Counted from the first letter of the whole stretch, positions 1-11,681 are shown. The stretch is 63,047 nucleotides of DNA, filler included, from Craspedostauros australis (GCA_030167865.1; 19 parts of 19 records of this genome joined end to end with filler, not necessarily neighbours in it); one strand, 5' to 3'. Program-made: numbers and translations. Notes: generated by a model not told the origin, from the letters alone.

Positions 1-33
1 GCGATTGCACCATCATCCGTTTCAAGACCCAGC

Positions 34-1424
34 ATGTCAGCTTGGGGCAAGGGCGGAACCGCTCGCTCCTGCGATGCGTTGCTGCGCAAGGTGGAGCAGG
101 ATGACCCTCGATTGCAGGAGTTGGTGATTCTGTCGAGCAAGACGTTCAGCGCCGCCGATGTGGAGCGTCTCTGCAAGGTGATTGGTGCGTCAGCGTGCTG
201 CTCATGTCTGTTGCTCTGTCGACTGTTCTGCTGTGTGAGCTGTTTTGTTGATCTGATGATTTATTCCATGAGGATTGCCGCCGCGTTCTGCTACAATGGG
301 ATATCGTCTCCATTCTCCACAATCCGCTCCGATCGAGGCCGCTTATTCTTTGTTTTTGTTTTGCAACACCAACAACAGAACCAATCTCATCATCGCTTCT
401 CTATTGCCCTGATCCATCATCTTTGTTGCCGAACCTTACTCGTGCACATTCCTCTTATGGTGCGCGTCGCTTGCGTGTCGGTCATGACGCTGTCCTTGGC
501 TACATCCCGCATACGATGCTGCATGTAATCTCCCGTAATCTCCCGCAACCTGCGTCTGTGACGATACGTAGAAAACGGGACAAACGCGCATCTCATCAGC
601 CTCAGCGCATCTGGCCATACCATCTCGCCTCCAATGNNNNNNNNNNNNNNNNNNNNNNNNNNNNNNNNNNNNNNNAAGATCACATCACTGGCGATTGGCG
701 ACAAGGACATGGGCGATGATGGCGTCTGCGCGCTGTGTGATGGCCTTGCTGGAAATTGCGGGGAGAGTGCATGTGACGACGGCATGCATACCTTGGAGAA
801 CCTGGATCTGAGTTGGAAAGGATTGTGAGTGCTTCTGCGGTAATGTCATTGGGAACGGTAGAGCAAGTCTGCGCTGAGTCCGTTCCTGCGTCGTTGCGCC
901 GGCTCTACGTCATAGCAGACGATGTCACAATGGGGGTTCGGTGTGATAAGCTGCATTGTGCTACCATTGGAAGTGTGACGCCATCGGTTGACTATTTTGA
1001 CAATTGCCAATGTGCCGCATATACCATTGCTGACGAAGCATTTCAACTGCGGAACTGTCGATGTGCGATTCGCACCTGCCGCCACCCCATATCAATTTTT
1101 CACAACGTATCACCCCATCCCGCATCAACGCCCAGCGGCGCAAAGGGCATGCAACGCATCATTGCGACATTGGGCAAAAGCAGCAGGCTGAAAACACTCA
1201 ACCTTTCCAGGAATGAAGGCATCGGCACCGAAGGTTCCTTTGCTTCGATCGCAGATGTCCATGCCGTCGGTTGCTTTGGCAATTTGCAGGAACTAGATTT
1301 GTCGGAATGCAATTTGAACGTCAAATCATGTGCTGGTCTTGCATCCATCATGCAGTCACAGCCATCGTCATCATCGTCGTTGTCGCAGCGATCGCTCAAG
1401 CTGCGGCTGGACAACAACCCCTCG
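34..1424 (+). CDS. Leucine-rich repeat (RNI-like) protein, spliced, 3' truncated by contig end
   Basis: Exons 34-184, 572-824 and 1136->1424 join in phase via GT-AG introns (gtgcgt..cgtag; gtgagt..cccag). LRR units include LQELVILS, ITSLAIGDKDMGDDG, LENLDLSWKG, LKTLNLSRN, LQELDLSECNL and LKLRLDNNP. Confidence 0.8.
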
Positions 1425-1524
1425 NNNNNNNNNNNNNNNNNNNNNNNNNNNNNNNNNNNNNNNNNNNNTTAATTAATTAANNNNNNNNNNNNNNNNNNNN
1501 NNNNNNNNNNNNNNNNNNNNNNNN
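1425..1524. other. Artificial contig spacer (first of 18): 44 N + TTAATTAATTAA + 44 N
   Basis: Identical 100-bp linker with six-frame stops starts at 1425, 5603, 6950, 10253, 26240, 27979, 29713, 30917, 36740, 42127, 44912, 46374, 49654, 51144, 52413, 54845, 57266 and 61179. Confidence 0.98.
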
Positions 1525-3072
1525 TGCCTTCGATCTTTGACACGTTCGGTTGCTGTTCTGCTTCCCTACCGGTTTGTGGTCGACCCGCTTGACCACTTCT
1601 CTTCGTTAAGATGCGAGAAAGCGAGTGGAGCGCGAGCTGCAAAGAGGTAGAGCGGATCGTGCGACAATGGGATTCACACTCATAGTCCGCAGTGGTACTA
1701 TACTCGTGTTCATGGTACGGACAGATGTGAGCTTTGTGTTACCCCATCCGCACGTTATTACCATAACTCGTCCATGCAAGCATGGGCACATTGAGCGCTT
1801 TTCTTCCACACGTACGACTATACCCATGAGCTATGTATGCACGGGCTCTCCTCGTAGTTGTGGGGACGTCCTTGGTCTCGCTTGTGGTCTCACCAAAGCT
1901 GACACTACGACCGTGTGCCAACAGAGAGGACGAGGAGAAGGTGTCCTGTCCAACGACAATGGGGTACGACCTAGTCATACGGGTTAGAGAAGCCACTTGG
2001 CGTTGCCCGTGCACAAGACAAGTTGCGAAAGATTCGGAGGCCCCTGCTGTTGCGTTCGTTGAAACTCCAAATCACTTTTCGTGGTACCATGTCGCAGAAC
2101 CCGCACGCACAAGAGCGAATGCGAGATGATCGCTTCGTCCACGCATGAACAGGGCCGATCTGCCCAAGGGCTCGTCGACACAAACCAGTGAAACTCTCTG
2201 CTTTCCGTCCAAAGCAGACGTGATCCAAGCTTTCGCCGGCAGGGCATTCGCAAGACTCTGTCGCCAGTCTCCAAATGCCTCCTCCGTCCCATCAACATCG
2301 AGTTGACAACTCACCTAATCAGTTTTCTTTTCCTTTCCGAGCACTGCTCTCTTTGCGACCGATTCGCATCAGTGCTCTGTGTTGCGCGTATCGGTCTCTT
2401 CGAAGCACAAACAGGAGCAGAAGAAGAGGGGCGATGGATGAATGCGTACGGTACGTAGACCAACATTGACCAGAAGCAGAGAATGTTATCCCCAAGGAGG
2501 TGTGCTGCTTTGGATCACTCCAACGTTCCGTAGCTCGTATCTTTACTCGCTCGAGCTAATCGTTCGAGCTACTCGTGGAAACATCTCCCCGGTCAAGTGT
2601 GCACACGAGTGCATGACGACCCTGTTGGTGGGTTTAGATCGTACGTGTATTGACCAGCTGTTCGCGTTCCTGGGAATACTTGCTCCGCGAAACGCTGCTG
2701 CCGACACGACATGCCGACCTCCAAAACTTGACTGCTCCTTTTGTGTGTGACATGGCTACGTGAGAGGGCGAGAAGGACCATCCAATCGGCCAATCATCCA
2801 ACCAGAGAATTGGTTTTCCAGAAGCAAAAGCGCGTATTCTGCGAAACGTCGTGAAATGGTACTCGCAGCCACTCCCCGTCATGCCGGTGCCAACAACCGG
2901 TGTCGGCGAAGTTTGGAGAGGGTGCGGTGTAGAGGACCAAATCGGCGGCCATGGGGGATCAGCAACATGCGTAGTGGCACGAGGCGCGGATGGATGTCTT
3001 TGCGTGCAGTTTTATCGCAAACGCCCAGTTACCAGTGTCCATCGACATTCCACTGGTATCGTATCGTGACCA

Positions 3073-5019
3073 TCATGATTCGCTTGATGTGCGAAGAGTG
3101 CCTGAGACCCTGCGTCCTTCAAACACTACCTCCCAGTTCGACTGCTTCCGCGTCTGTTGCGCGGCTCCGAAGACCACGTCGAGTGCTTCGGAGATCAGCC
3201 GGGTGTCATTGACTGCTGTTTCCATACCGGCCTTCTCGTACTGTTCCTGATACCATCGCAGACCTCGCGTGGACAGCGGCTGGCCGATGGAGGGATCGAA
3301 TAATACACAACCGAAGTTGAACTCTATGAGTCTTGGCGACGGTGAGCCTTCGTCGTTTTGGCTGAGCATGAAATCGGCTGCCATGATCTCAAACTGTGCC
3401 TGGTCCGGACGGGGTTGGAATTTGCCCGTGGCGATCGCTTCATCCACAACCGCGGCGACCACACTCTGGCATGGCTCGTAACACGATGGCCAGCCGGCCC
3501 ACAGGCAGGATCCATCCTCGCCCTGACAAGCCTCATCCTTCTCTAGTCTGTGCGTGCGCAGGACGGTCAGTTGCGTGTCGCTCGACAAATCATCAACCGT
3601 CCATGGCTTGTCGGCGACGCACAAATATCCACCCGTGTGCGACGACAGCGACCACGCACCGTCCCTTGAGCATTGGATGAGGAAGTACATCTTGAGGTGG
3701 CACTTGCGCCCGTCGGTCGTGAGCAGCGGATTGGCCACGTGAGGCTGAACAACGAATGATGATGATAGTTGCGTTGATGCGGCTTGTTGACATTCCTCGA
3801 TCGTGTGGCACACGGTGATTGCTCTCCCTCCATTCTTGTCGCACTCCTTGACGAACCACAACTTGACGCCGATATTGGCAGGGTGGGCCGGATCGGGTGC
3901 ATCTCCCACCCACTTGCCATTCGAGACGTGGTGCGTTGGCGGCATGGTCTTCATGGTGGCCTCGAGCTGGATCACCTTCTCCTTCTCATCCAGCCACTCC
4001 CGGCCCTTGATGTACATGCTGATGGCCGAAAAACGAGGCTCGTCGCAGAACGCAACTGCCGCCTTGCCGAGCGGGCAAATGTAGGACTTTCCGCTGAATT
4101 CATCCCTGTACCATGGTTGGTTGGGATATCGTCGCCAGTTCTCACGCCGCAGGAGATGCGCTGCGAATATCCACATGTGACCAGCCCGACCGCAATCCAC
4201 CAGATGCATGCCGCAGGATCTTGACGCGGCATTTGGAAGTGGATCTTTCGCGCCCAGCTTGTTGCCGACACCGTCCAACGGTGTGGAAAATGCTGACAAT
4301 CCCCCATGATGCAGAAGGGCCTGATCCACCCATTGTGATAATGCCATCACGTCTGCGTAGAGCGGGATGAAGTGGTCCAATAACGCACGCGCCTTCTGAT
4401 CGTTATCATCGCAAACGCATTCCATGACAATGAAGAGGCGCAGCGTGCCAAGATCACACAGTGCCTGGATCGTGCTCTGGACAGCGAAACTGAGTTTGAT
4501 TCCCACCACCGTTGCCTCCGTTATCCCCCGCCTTTGAATGTATTGCAACATTCCTGCGGATGGCAAATGCGATTGGCGCCAAAAGATGGCATCTGGATCC
4601 TCTTTTGACGCAGTGGCAGCCTCATCTTTGTTGTAGCCGTCGTCGTTGTTGCCATCGTGGATGCGTTCATTGCTCCCACCCCGAAGGCGAGGTTCCATGC
4701 TGCTGCCGTCATAACCTTCCATGAACCAATGCGCGGCTCCATCTCCGACCTTTGCATTGAGGCGTCTCAGCGCGCCGTATAGCTTGTGGGTTGGTGCGAT
4801 GCCATCGTAGCCCTTGGGGAACTGCAGCCCGGTCCAAATGATCTCCCAGCCGGACTTTCTGGCGACATGAATTGCGATGGCGACGGCATCCAACAGCGCG
4901 TTGCGCCGGCTGATGGGTTCGATCGACTTCAGGGCGTCTGGTTGCATATCGCAGACGATGAGGCACTGCCGTGCTTCATGTTGCGTCGCCCCTCGCGCCG
5001 ATGCCGCGGCTGCCTGCAT
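3073..5019 (-). CDS. Isochorismatase/cysteine-hydrolase-like domain fused to tubulin-tyrosine-ligase (TTL)-like ATP-grasp domain, ~648 aa, intronless
   Basis: First in-frame ATG at 5019 (MQAAAAS). N-terminal motifs CLIVCDMQPD and VVGIKLSFAVQSTIQALCDLG...IVMECVCD. C-terminal motifs LWFVKE, FVVQPHVANPLL-DGRK and FEIMAADFML...PRLIEFN. Confidence 0.8.
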   Translation of the reverse strand: MQAAAASARGATQHEARQCLIVCDMQPDALKSIEPISRRNALLDAVAIAIHVARKSGWEIIWTGLQFPKGYDGIAPTHKLYGALRRLNAKVGDGAAHWFMEGYDGSSMEPRLRGGSNERIHDGNNDDGYNKDEAATASKEDPDAIFWRQSHLPSAGMLQYIQRRGITEATVVGIKLSFAVQSTIQALCDLGTLRLFIVMECVCDDNDQKARALLDHFIPLYADVMALSQWVDQALLHHGGLSAFSTPLDGVGNKLGAKDPLPNAASRSCGMHLVDCGRAGHMWIFAAHLLRRENWRRYPNQPWYRDEFSGKSYICPLGKAAVAFCDEPRFSAISMYIKGREWLDEKEKVIQLEATMKTMPPTHHVSNGKWVGDAPDPAHPANIGVKLWFVKECDKNGGRAITVCHTIEECQQAASTQLSSSFVVQPHVANPLLTTDGRKCHLKMYFLIQCSRDGAWSLSSHTGGYLCVADKPWTVDDLSSDTQLTVLRTHRLEKDEACQGEDGSCLWAGWPSCYEPCQSVVAAVVDEAIATGKFQPRPDQAQFEIMAADFMLSQNDEGSPSPRLIEFNFGCVLFDPSIGQPLSTRGLRWYQEQYEKAGMETAVNDTRLISEALDVVFGAAQQTRKQSNWEVVFEGRRVSGTLRTSSES

Positions 5020-5439
5020 TGTGCCTCTTCGTCTTTCACCCTTGCGCCCTTCCTCTGTTCCTCCGTACACAGCTGACAGTCGAGGAAGTGGAGCACAGGT
5101 ATGCTACTATGTTTGTGTGGTCGTGGTTGTGCTTGTGGCTGTAGGTATCCTATTACAATACAAGTGCCATTCGTTGGTGGCGACTGCTGATTCCAGTCCC
5201 GCCCGTGACTCGCCTGTCCATCGCCAGAACGCTATGCACCTCGCGCCCACTTTTCTGCTAGAGACAGGCAAGCTACGATCAGGAATCCTTTCCGCAACTC
5301 CAGCGCTAATCAATACAATCTCTCATAAATATTAGCGAACAACATTGATTCACTCACTCAGTCCTATTGACAGTTGTTCGCTAATAGCAAGTTCACCCAA
5401 ACATCGGGCACCAAGACCAACACCACCACGATCATCACC

Positions 5440-5602
5440 ATGGCCAACAGCCACGAAAAAATCCTCGCCACATTTCCGCAGGCCGTCGTCAAGCCGATCA
5501 TCGGATTGCCCACCTACGAAACCATCGCCGAACTCAACATTGTACTCAACGCCAACGCAGCTTCCGTCCATTGCCCCCTGGGGAATGGAGAGCTGGGATA
5601 CC
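5440..5602 (+). mobile_element. N-terminus of diatom Copia-type gag-like ORF, truncated by contig end
   Basis: MANSHEKILATFPQAVVKPIIGLPTYETIAELNIVLNANAASVHCPLGNGELGY resembles the FP..I.G.PTY...L.ANAASV...LG.G..G motif of diatom LTR-retrotransposon gag ORFs. Confidence 0.6.
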
Positions 5603-5878
5603 NNNNNNNNNNNNNNNNNNNNNNNNNNNNNNNNNNNNNNNNNNNNTTAATTAATTAANNNNNNNNNNNNNNNNNNNNNNNNNNNNNNNNNNNNNNNNNN
5701 NNAGCTGTCTCCAAGTCAGAGCAGGAGGCGAAGATCAGATGACCCATGAAGATCATGGATACTGAAGGTGAACTTCAAATGGTAAGCACTCATGGAGTAG
5801 AAGCCAGTACTGAATGAACAGAGTGTCGAATGCGGAGGACGCATCGAACACGGAGTATCGTGTAGCACGAGCACACGA

Positions 5879-6949
5879 TGTTGAGAGAGAGAGAGAGAGA
5901 GAATACAGAGAGGAGCGAGAGAGGATCTTGCGTACCGACTCATAGTCGGAGACCGAATCTACGAAACAGATTGAAGTGCCAAGAGCATTGGGCAAGAGAA
6001 CGGGTGTACACCAAGAGCATCGGAGTAGCCAAGTAATGAAATAGCAAACAGACGACTATCAACCAACACCATCTTCCACGATCGTAGGTTACCGTGAGCG
6101 GAACTTGCCAACATAATCCTGACATGTTTGGTTGCCTTCATCGTCGTTTTGGATTTCGTTCGTGTCACGTAGAATTCGCTGTAGATTTCGTACTGGTTTT
6201 GTTGATGTGTTTTGTTTTTGTTCTTTATTAGTGTTATCGTTGTTTTTGTTTTTTCGGGTTCTGGTATTGTGTTCTTGAGAAAGAAACTCCAGCAGTGATC
6301 CGTGCAGTCGTCTACAATCAGGGTCCAGTAGCGTTTATCTCCGAAGCTTATGTGTTTAGTGTAACTAATGTCAATGAAGAGCCGTTCGCCGCGGCGAGTT
6401 GATCTTGGAATGGTTGCCTTCGGGACGTTCTTCACTCTTGCGTTCGCGACCGCGCAGTCGCGACATACCGGCATCTCGCCAATAATCTTCCATCCGTACT
6501 GAGCGGCCGTCCGCTTCATGGTCTCGAGTGGCGCGTGGCCGAGCATTTGGTGCAGGTTCACTGCGCTGATCTCCTTGGATGGATTCTTGACGATGGCTGT
6601 GCAAGCCTTGTCGTCGTCTGTTGGCATGATGGGATGCATCTGCACTCTCGTGATGAATCCGTTGGATGTGGGGAAGACTCGATCGAACACGATCTTCGTT
6701 CCGGATCCGTTGATGATGTCCATCAGAATGCCGTTGNTACCAAGCTGGTAACCGTTGTACAGAGCCTTGTTCGTGGAGAAAAGGTTCACCGCCATCTTGG
6801 GTGTGTACTTCACATCATCGAGCCAGATGATGTGGCCAGTGTTGTCTCGCTGTTTGACCTTCAAACGAATGGATCCCATCTTGGGAGAATCCAGCTTCGT
6901 GCTGTCTCCCACTTGGACGAAGGACTTGATGTGCCGCACGTTGAAGAGA
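5879..6949 (-). mobile_element. Ty1/Copia fragment: GAG-pre-integrase and integrase N-half, internally deleted, followed by LTR-like sequence
   Basis: DVKYTPKMAVNLFS, HHCC zinc motif (LHQMLGH...CRDC) and RLFIDIS...YWTLIVDDCTDHCWSFFLK. Homology stops near 6275. The downstream non-coding stretch ends TCTCAACA (minus strand) at 5879. Confidence 0.8.
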
Positions 6950-7336
6950 NNNNNNNNNNNNNNNNNNNNNNNNNNNNNNNNNNNNNNNNNNNNTTAATTA
7001 ATTAANNNNNNNNNNNNNNNNNNNNNNNNNNNNNNNNNNNNNNNNNNNNCCAGTGCTCCTGGATGTCCTGTCTGTTGATCCAAACCAACCATGAGTCAGA
7101 TGCAGATTTGCTCCCTCTCATGATGCTCATCATCATCCCTGTACTTCTCTCTTACACTTGTTTGTGTAGCACTCCTATGAGATCCTACACATTCAATTCA
7201 TTGTTCATCACCTTATCTTCCATGAGCATACTACCATGCGCACGTGTAGGCGCTTTTGTCTAATTCCGAACTCCTTCTTGACCTTTCAAGATCTCGATGA
7301 CCAATCGTCATTGAATCTTCCTTGTTCTCTGCCGGA

Positions 7337-7720
7337 TGTTGAGACAGCTATTGATGTGGTGACACAATGACATCCTGTCAACGTCAGCTGCTCTCTTCCA
7401 TGCGTTCTCTGATTCCTCATTCCATCATCATATGGTGGTCAGATGGTCAAGTCGTCATTTCAGGTTTAGTTGCAACCTCCATCGATCCTTGCTGGATGTC
7501 ATGTCAGCTGGTGGACGTACAAAAGTCCTGATCCTCTCAGGTTAGATTGTCCCAACGTTCCCATGTGATTCTTGGGTGATTTGGTGTGTCCGAGTTTGTT
7601 TTGTTGTTCTCAAACATGAAACGTTCGGGACACAAATATTGTTGATGCTAGTTGGTCGAGTCGAGGCGAACCAATTGGATGGGCGATGCACATACATATA
7701 CATCTCAACACCCTTCCTGT
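7337..7720 (-). repeat. Polypurine tract and candidate 3' LTR of the Copia element
   Basis: After the pol stop, the minus strand reads ACAGGAAGGG (7720-7711) then TGTTGAGATG from 7710. A matching TCTCAACA ends at 7337 (8-bp terminal inverted repeat). The far end is uncertain and a nested insertion is possible. Confidence 0.5.
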
Positions 7721-7730
7721 GTCCATTCGG

Positions 7731-10252
7731 TCATTCGAATGTTCTCGATGTATCAAGGTATGACTTCTCATGTTTACTTTGTAAGTCGGCCTTGATGTTC
7801 TTGGTGAATCCGTCGCTTGTGTTCTGCTCGGATTTGACGAAAATGATTTCGATGGTTTTGTTGATTNNNNNNNNNNNNNNNNNNNNNNNNNNNNNNNNNN
7901 NNNNNNNNNNNNNNNNNNNNNNNGATGGGTTCTTGGCGATGAAGATCGCTCCGATGTTGTCCACACGGACCTTGATCGGCGTCTTCACTGGGACGCCCAC
8001 ACTTTCGAGTATCTGCACGACGAAGAAGATTTCCTTTGCCGCTTCGGAAAGGGCGACATATTCTGCTTCGGATGAGCTGAGTGTGACGGCCTTCTGTGCC
8101 TTGGATCACCAAAGGATTGGTACCTTGCATAGGTATAAGATGAATCCCCCTACGCTGATTCTCGTGTTCTTGTCTCCTGCATATTCGCTGTCGCAGAAGA
8201 GCTCCATGTCCCAGCCGTCGTCGTCTGGACGTGCTGGATGGATCTTCAATCCATAGTCCTTTGTATCGATCACATGCTTGATGATCCGATACATCTCCTT
8301 CATTGCAGCCTTGGTGGGCCCGATTAATACCTTGGAGAGTTCCCTCACAGGGTTCGCGATATCTGGTCGCGAGTGCTTGATGAGGAAGAGTAGCATACCA
8401 ACGCCTTGGCGGTATTCGGCATGTTCTTCCGCTCCAACCTTCCGTAGTCCGTTGTCCTCGGATGGTCGTACAATGATTTGACCCGGGGTTCCCGGTGTCG
8501 CGTAGCGTTGCATCTTCTCAACCTTGGCTCCGAACTCTTCGATGAGATGTTGGATGAGATGTGGTTGACGCAATGTCGCTCTAGTCTTGTCATGGTTCAG
8601 TTCGATCTCCTCGTCAAGGTCTCCGTGTAGGAATGCCGTTACGACATCGACGAGTGCGCAGTCCATCTTCTTGATCAGCATGATCACCATCATGACTCAG
8701 TAGGTCACGTCGTGGATGATGGGTGAGTAATGCTCTTGCAAGTCTATTCCTGCGACTTGTGAGTAGCCACATGCAACGAGCCTCGCTCGATGTGTGCCGT
8801 CACGTTTCAGCTTGAAGACCCATTTGCATTTGCAGCATCTGCGGTCGCGTGGGATGGCGTCTCGTTTGATCTTGCTGTACACCTTGCGTGTATCCATGGA
8901 GTCGAACTCCTTTTTGATGGCTGCTCGATATCCCTTTCGATGGATGGGATCTGGATGGTTGGAGGCTCCATCGAATGTCGTTGGTTCGATGTGCTTCTCT
9001 GGTTCCTTGTTCTCGTCCTGCATCGACAGTCCGATGTCGATCGCTGGCGATTCGGTAATGATTGCATTCATCCTGTATAATCCTGTTGTGCTATGATGGA
9101 TGATCTTGATCTCGTCATCTTCGTTTGCGAATTCTTCATCATCTGTAGTTTCGTTGTTGGATTCGTCAGCCACCTCGTCGCTGAGTTCATCACTCTCTTC
9201 ATTGGATGATGACTTGCTCTCATAACCCTCTTCCTTTCGACCTCGTTCGTTGAAGTCTGCGAGCTCACGCAGAGCTCTGGGAATGCTCTTCCCTGTGGTT
9301 GGCTTTGGATTAGCTTCTCCCTTCCTGCCTCGTGCTTCATGACGCCGGATTCTCTCCTTTCTAGCTATGTCACGCTTGATTGGTTTGCTTGGTGGAGGTC
9401 TTGATGGTGTATCATGTATAGACCTCGCTGGTGTGTTCGGAGGAGTGACGCCTGTGTCATTGTCGGCTTCGTCGCCGGATGGTGGGATCTCGTCATCATC
9501 ATGATTGGATTCGCTCCAATCTTCGTCGTCATTATGGATTAGTTGAGCCACTGCTCCATCGTCTTCATCATCCTCATCATCACTATCTAATAGGATGTGG
9601 TATTTGTTTGTGTCAGCAAAAGATACTCTCTTCACCTCTGATGTTCGACGCGCTGCCGTCCTTGGCGTTGCTCCCTTCCGTCCGATGGCCTTGAAGCCGT
9701 CTGCGTCCGTGGTGTCTGCATTGTTGACTGTGTTTGGTGCTTGCGCCCAGCCACGGAACAGTCCGTATGATTGATTGAGCCATTTGATGTTGCGAGAACA
9801 GACCAGTGACTTGGTTGATGGTCTGTACATGTTGTACACTCCTGATGCGTGTTGGTGTGCATATCCAATGAACACCATCTCTTCTCCTCTATTCTTGAGT
9901 TTGGCAGTGATCCCACCATAGGTCGTCTTCACAACACCCACCTTTCCGAATGTTCGAAGTGCATCAGCATATGGTGGATCACTATCGAAGAATTGGCGGT
10001 GTGGTGGCTTCTTCTGATTCTTCGCTACGGTGATGTTGGCGATGGCGGTGGCAGTGCTCACGGCTGCTGCCCACAGGCCATGCCTGTACTTGTCATTGAG
10101 TTGTGCTCCATTGAGCATGGAGCCGATCTTGGTGTAGAGATACACAAACTTGTGTTCTACTCTACCATTCTGCTGTGGCGTGTTGGATGCCGTGAACTCG
10201 AATTTCGCATTCAGTCCAGCATTGACGAGAATGTCCTGCGTGGATTTGTTCT
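7731..10252 (-). mobile_element. Ty1/Copia pol pseudogene (integrase C-half, RT, RNase H)
   Basis: TPQQNGRVE, KWVFKLKRDG..RARLVACGYSQ, DVVTAFLHGDL, SRPDIA, FCDSEYAGD and SSSEAEY...VDNIGAI. In-frame TGA stops at 8697-8699 and 8106-8108. RT core including YVDD is missing. Confidence 0.93.
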
Positions 10253-10892
10253 NNNNNNNNNNNNNNNNNNNNNNNNNNNNNNNNNNNNNNNNNNNNTTAA
10301 TTAATTAANNNNNNNNNNNNNNNNNNNNNNNNNNNNNNNNNNNNNNNNNNNNCCACCCATGGACGAAACACTGTTGCAGTGGTGATGTTGGTGTACCTGT
10401 TGTTGTTGTTATTGTTGTGGTTGTGGTTGTGGTTGTAACAGGAACGAAGTGCTCTGTGGAGCAACGATCTCTGTGGAGAGTTTGGGGTTGTGAGTTTTGT
10501 GTGCTCTGTGCTGGCCCAAGACAGCAGCCTTGTTTTGNNNNNNNNNNNNNNNNNNNNNNNNNNNNNNNNNNNNNNNNCAGTGTAAAGTGGGGAAATGGAG
10601 CAATGACGAAGAGCGAAAGCAACTCGGGCGAATTTTGGGGGGAAAGCACCAATTATCCAAAAAAGAACGAAAATGCCATATTATTCCGTCGAGGATAAGA
10701 ACTAGGCGGAAACAAGCGATTTATGACTGAAACGCTATGAAATAGAGCCAATTATTGCATTTTGAACTGCCCCCCCGAGCGGCTCGTTCGATTCCGTGAG
10801 CAATGACGGCAACAATGAAAGCGGCGGCGTCCATTGCATGCACAGCATGAGAAGTATTGGCATGATACAAAACAGAGCGGATGACATTCTAT

Positions 10893-11681
10893 CTATTGAT
10901 TTGTCGTCGTCTCCGCTTGTCCTTTGGTGGATTGCGTTTGAGACATTGCAGACGGCGGACACGTCTCGCAGGATTCGTCTATCAACGTCTTGGCCTGCTT
11001 CGCTTCGTACGCCTCGACCAGAGAGTCGAGGGTGGAACCTCGTGTGACGATCGTGCGGTACCGAGCAAACAGCGTGTATCCAAGATCCGCAACGGGCCGC
11101 ACCGCTCTCCATTCCAGCATGGAAAACAGCCAGCCCAGCTTCACACGTTGGTAGGCCTCCGTGAAGACAGGGATGCCCTTGAGGACTTGGCCAGCCGATG
11201 TGACGGCGTGGATCTCGGCCATACCATCTCGATACGATACACCGCCATTCGCGGCGTCGGTGGGATCGTACGAGGCGGATTCCAGATCCGTCAATTTCAA
11301 TTTGCGGCTGTCGCTGCCGTTGATGTAGGCGTCGCGTCGTGCCAACAGATCCATCTCCAATTTGCAGACGTTGCACTTGGAATCGTAGATGATGTTCAAT
11401 TCTTCGTTGAAAAGATTCTTGTGACTGCCATCGGTGCTGCTGCTGTTGTTGGTGGCGGACGTCAATGTGCGCATCGCACCTGACGCCGCGTTTGGCGTAT
11501 CGATTGTCATCTTGGCTGGTGGCACTACTCTGCCTCCTGCGCTGTGATGAATGAACCTTGCTTCGTACGTTGTTCTAGCGGGTGCGAATGCACGTTGCCC
11601 AAAGCTCGAAAGATACCTCCATCGCGATCGCTTCGGCAATTGTCGTGCGATCAATGCTATCGATGAAGCCATGCCGTTCAT
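10893..11681 (-). CDS. DCC-family (DUF393) thiol-disulfide oxidoreductase-like protein with probable mitochondrial presequence
   Basis: IIYDSKCNVCKLE (DxxCxxC), MAEIHAV...G.VLKG..VF..AY..V.LGW and Y.LFARYR. Arg/Ser-rich N-terminus poor in acidic residues. Alternative start at 11672. Confidence 0.85.
   Translation of the reverse strand: MNGMASSIALIARQLPKRSRWRYLSSFGQRAFAPARTTYEARFIHHSAGGRVVPPAKMTIDTPNAASGAMRTLTSATNNSSSTDGSHKNLFNEELNIIYDSKCNVCKLEMDLLARRDAYINGSDSRKLKLTDLESASYDPTDAANGGVSYRDGMAEIHAVTSAGQVLKGIPVFTEAYQRVKLGWLFSMLEWRAVRPVADLGYTLFARYRTIVTRGSTLDSLVEAYEAKQAKTLIDESCETCPPSAMSQTQSTKGQAETTTNQ

Noticed and set aside
1525..3070. Several short ORFs on both strands
   Set aside because: No recognisable motifs or consistent exon structure.
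5703..10252. Treating adjacent Copia fragments as one element
   Set aside because: They are separated by a spacer, and their minus-strand order is inconsistent with a single pol.
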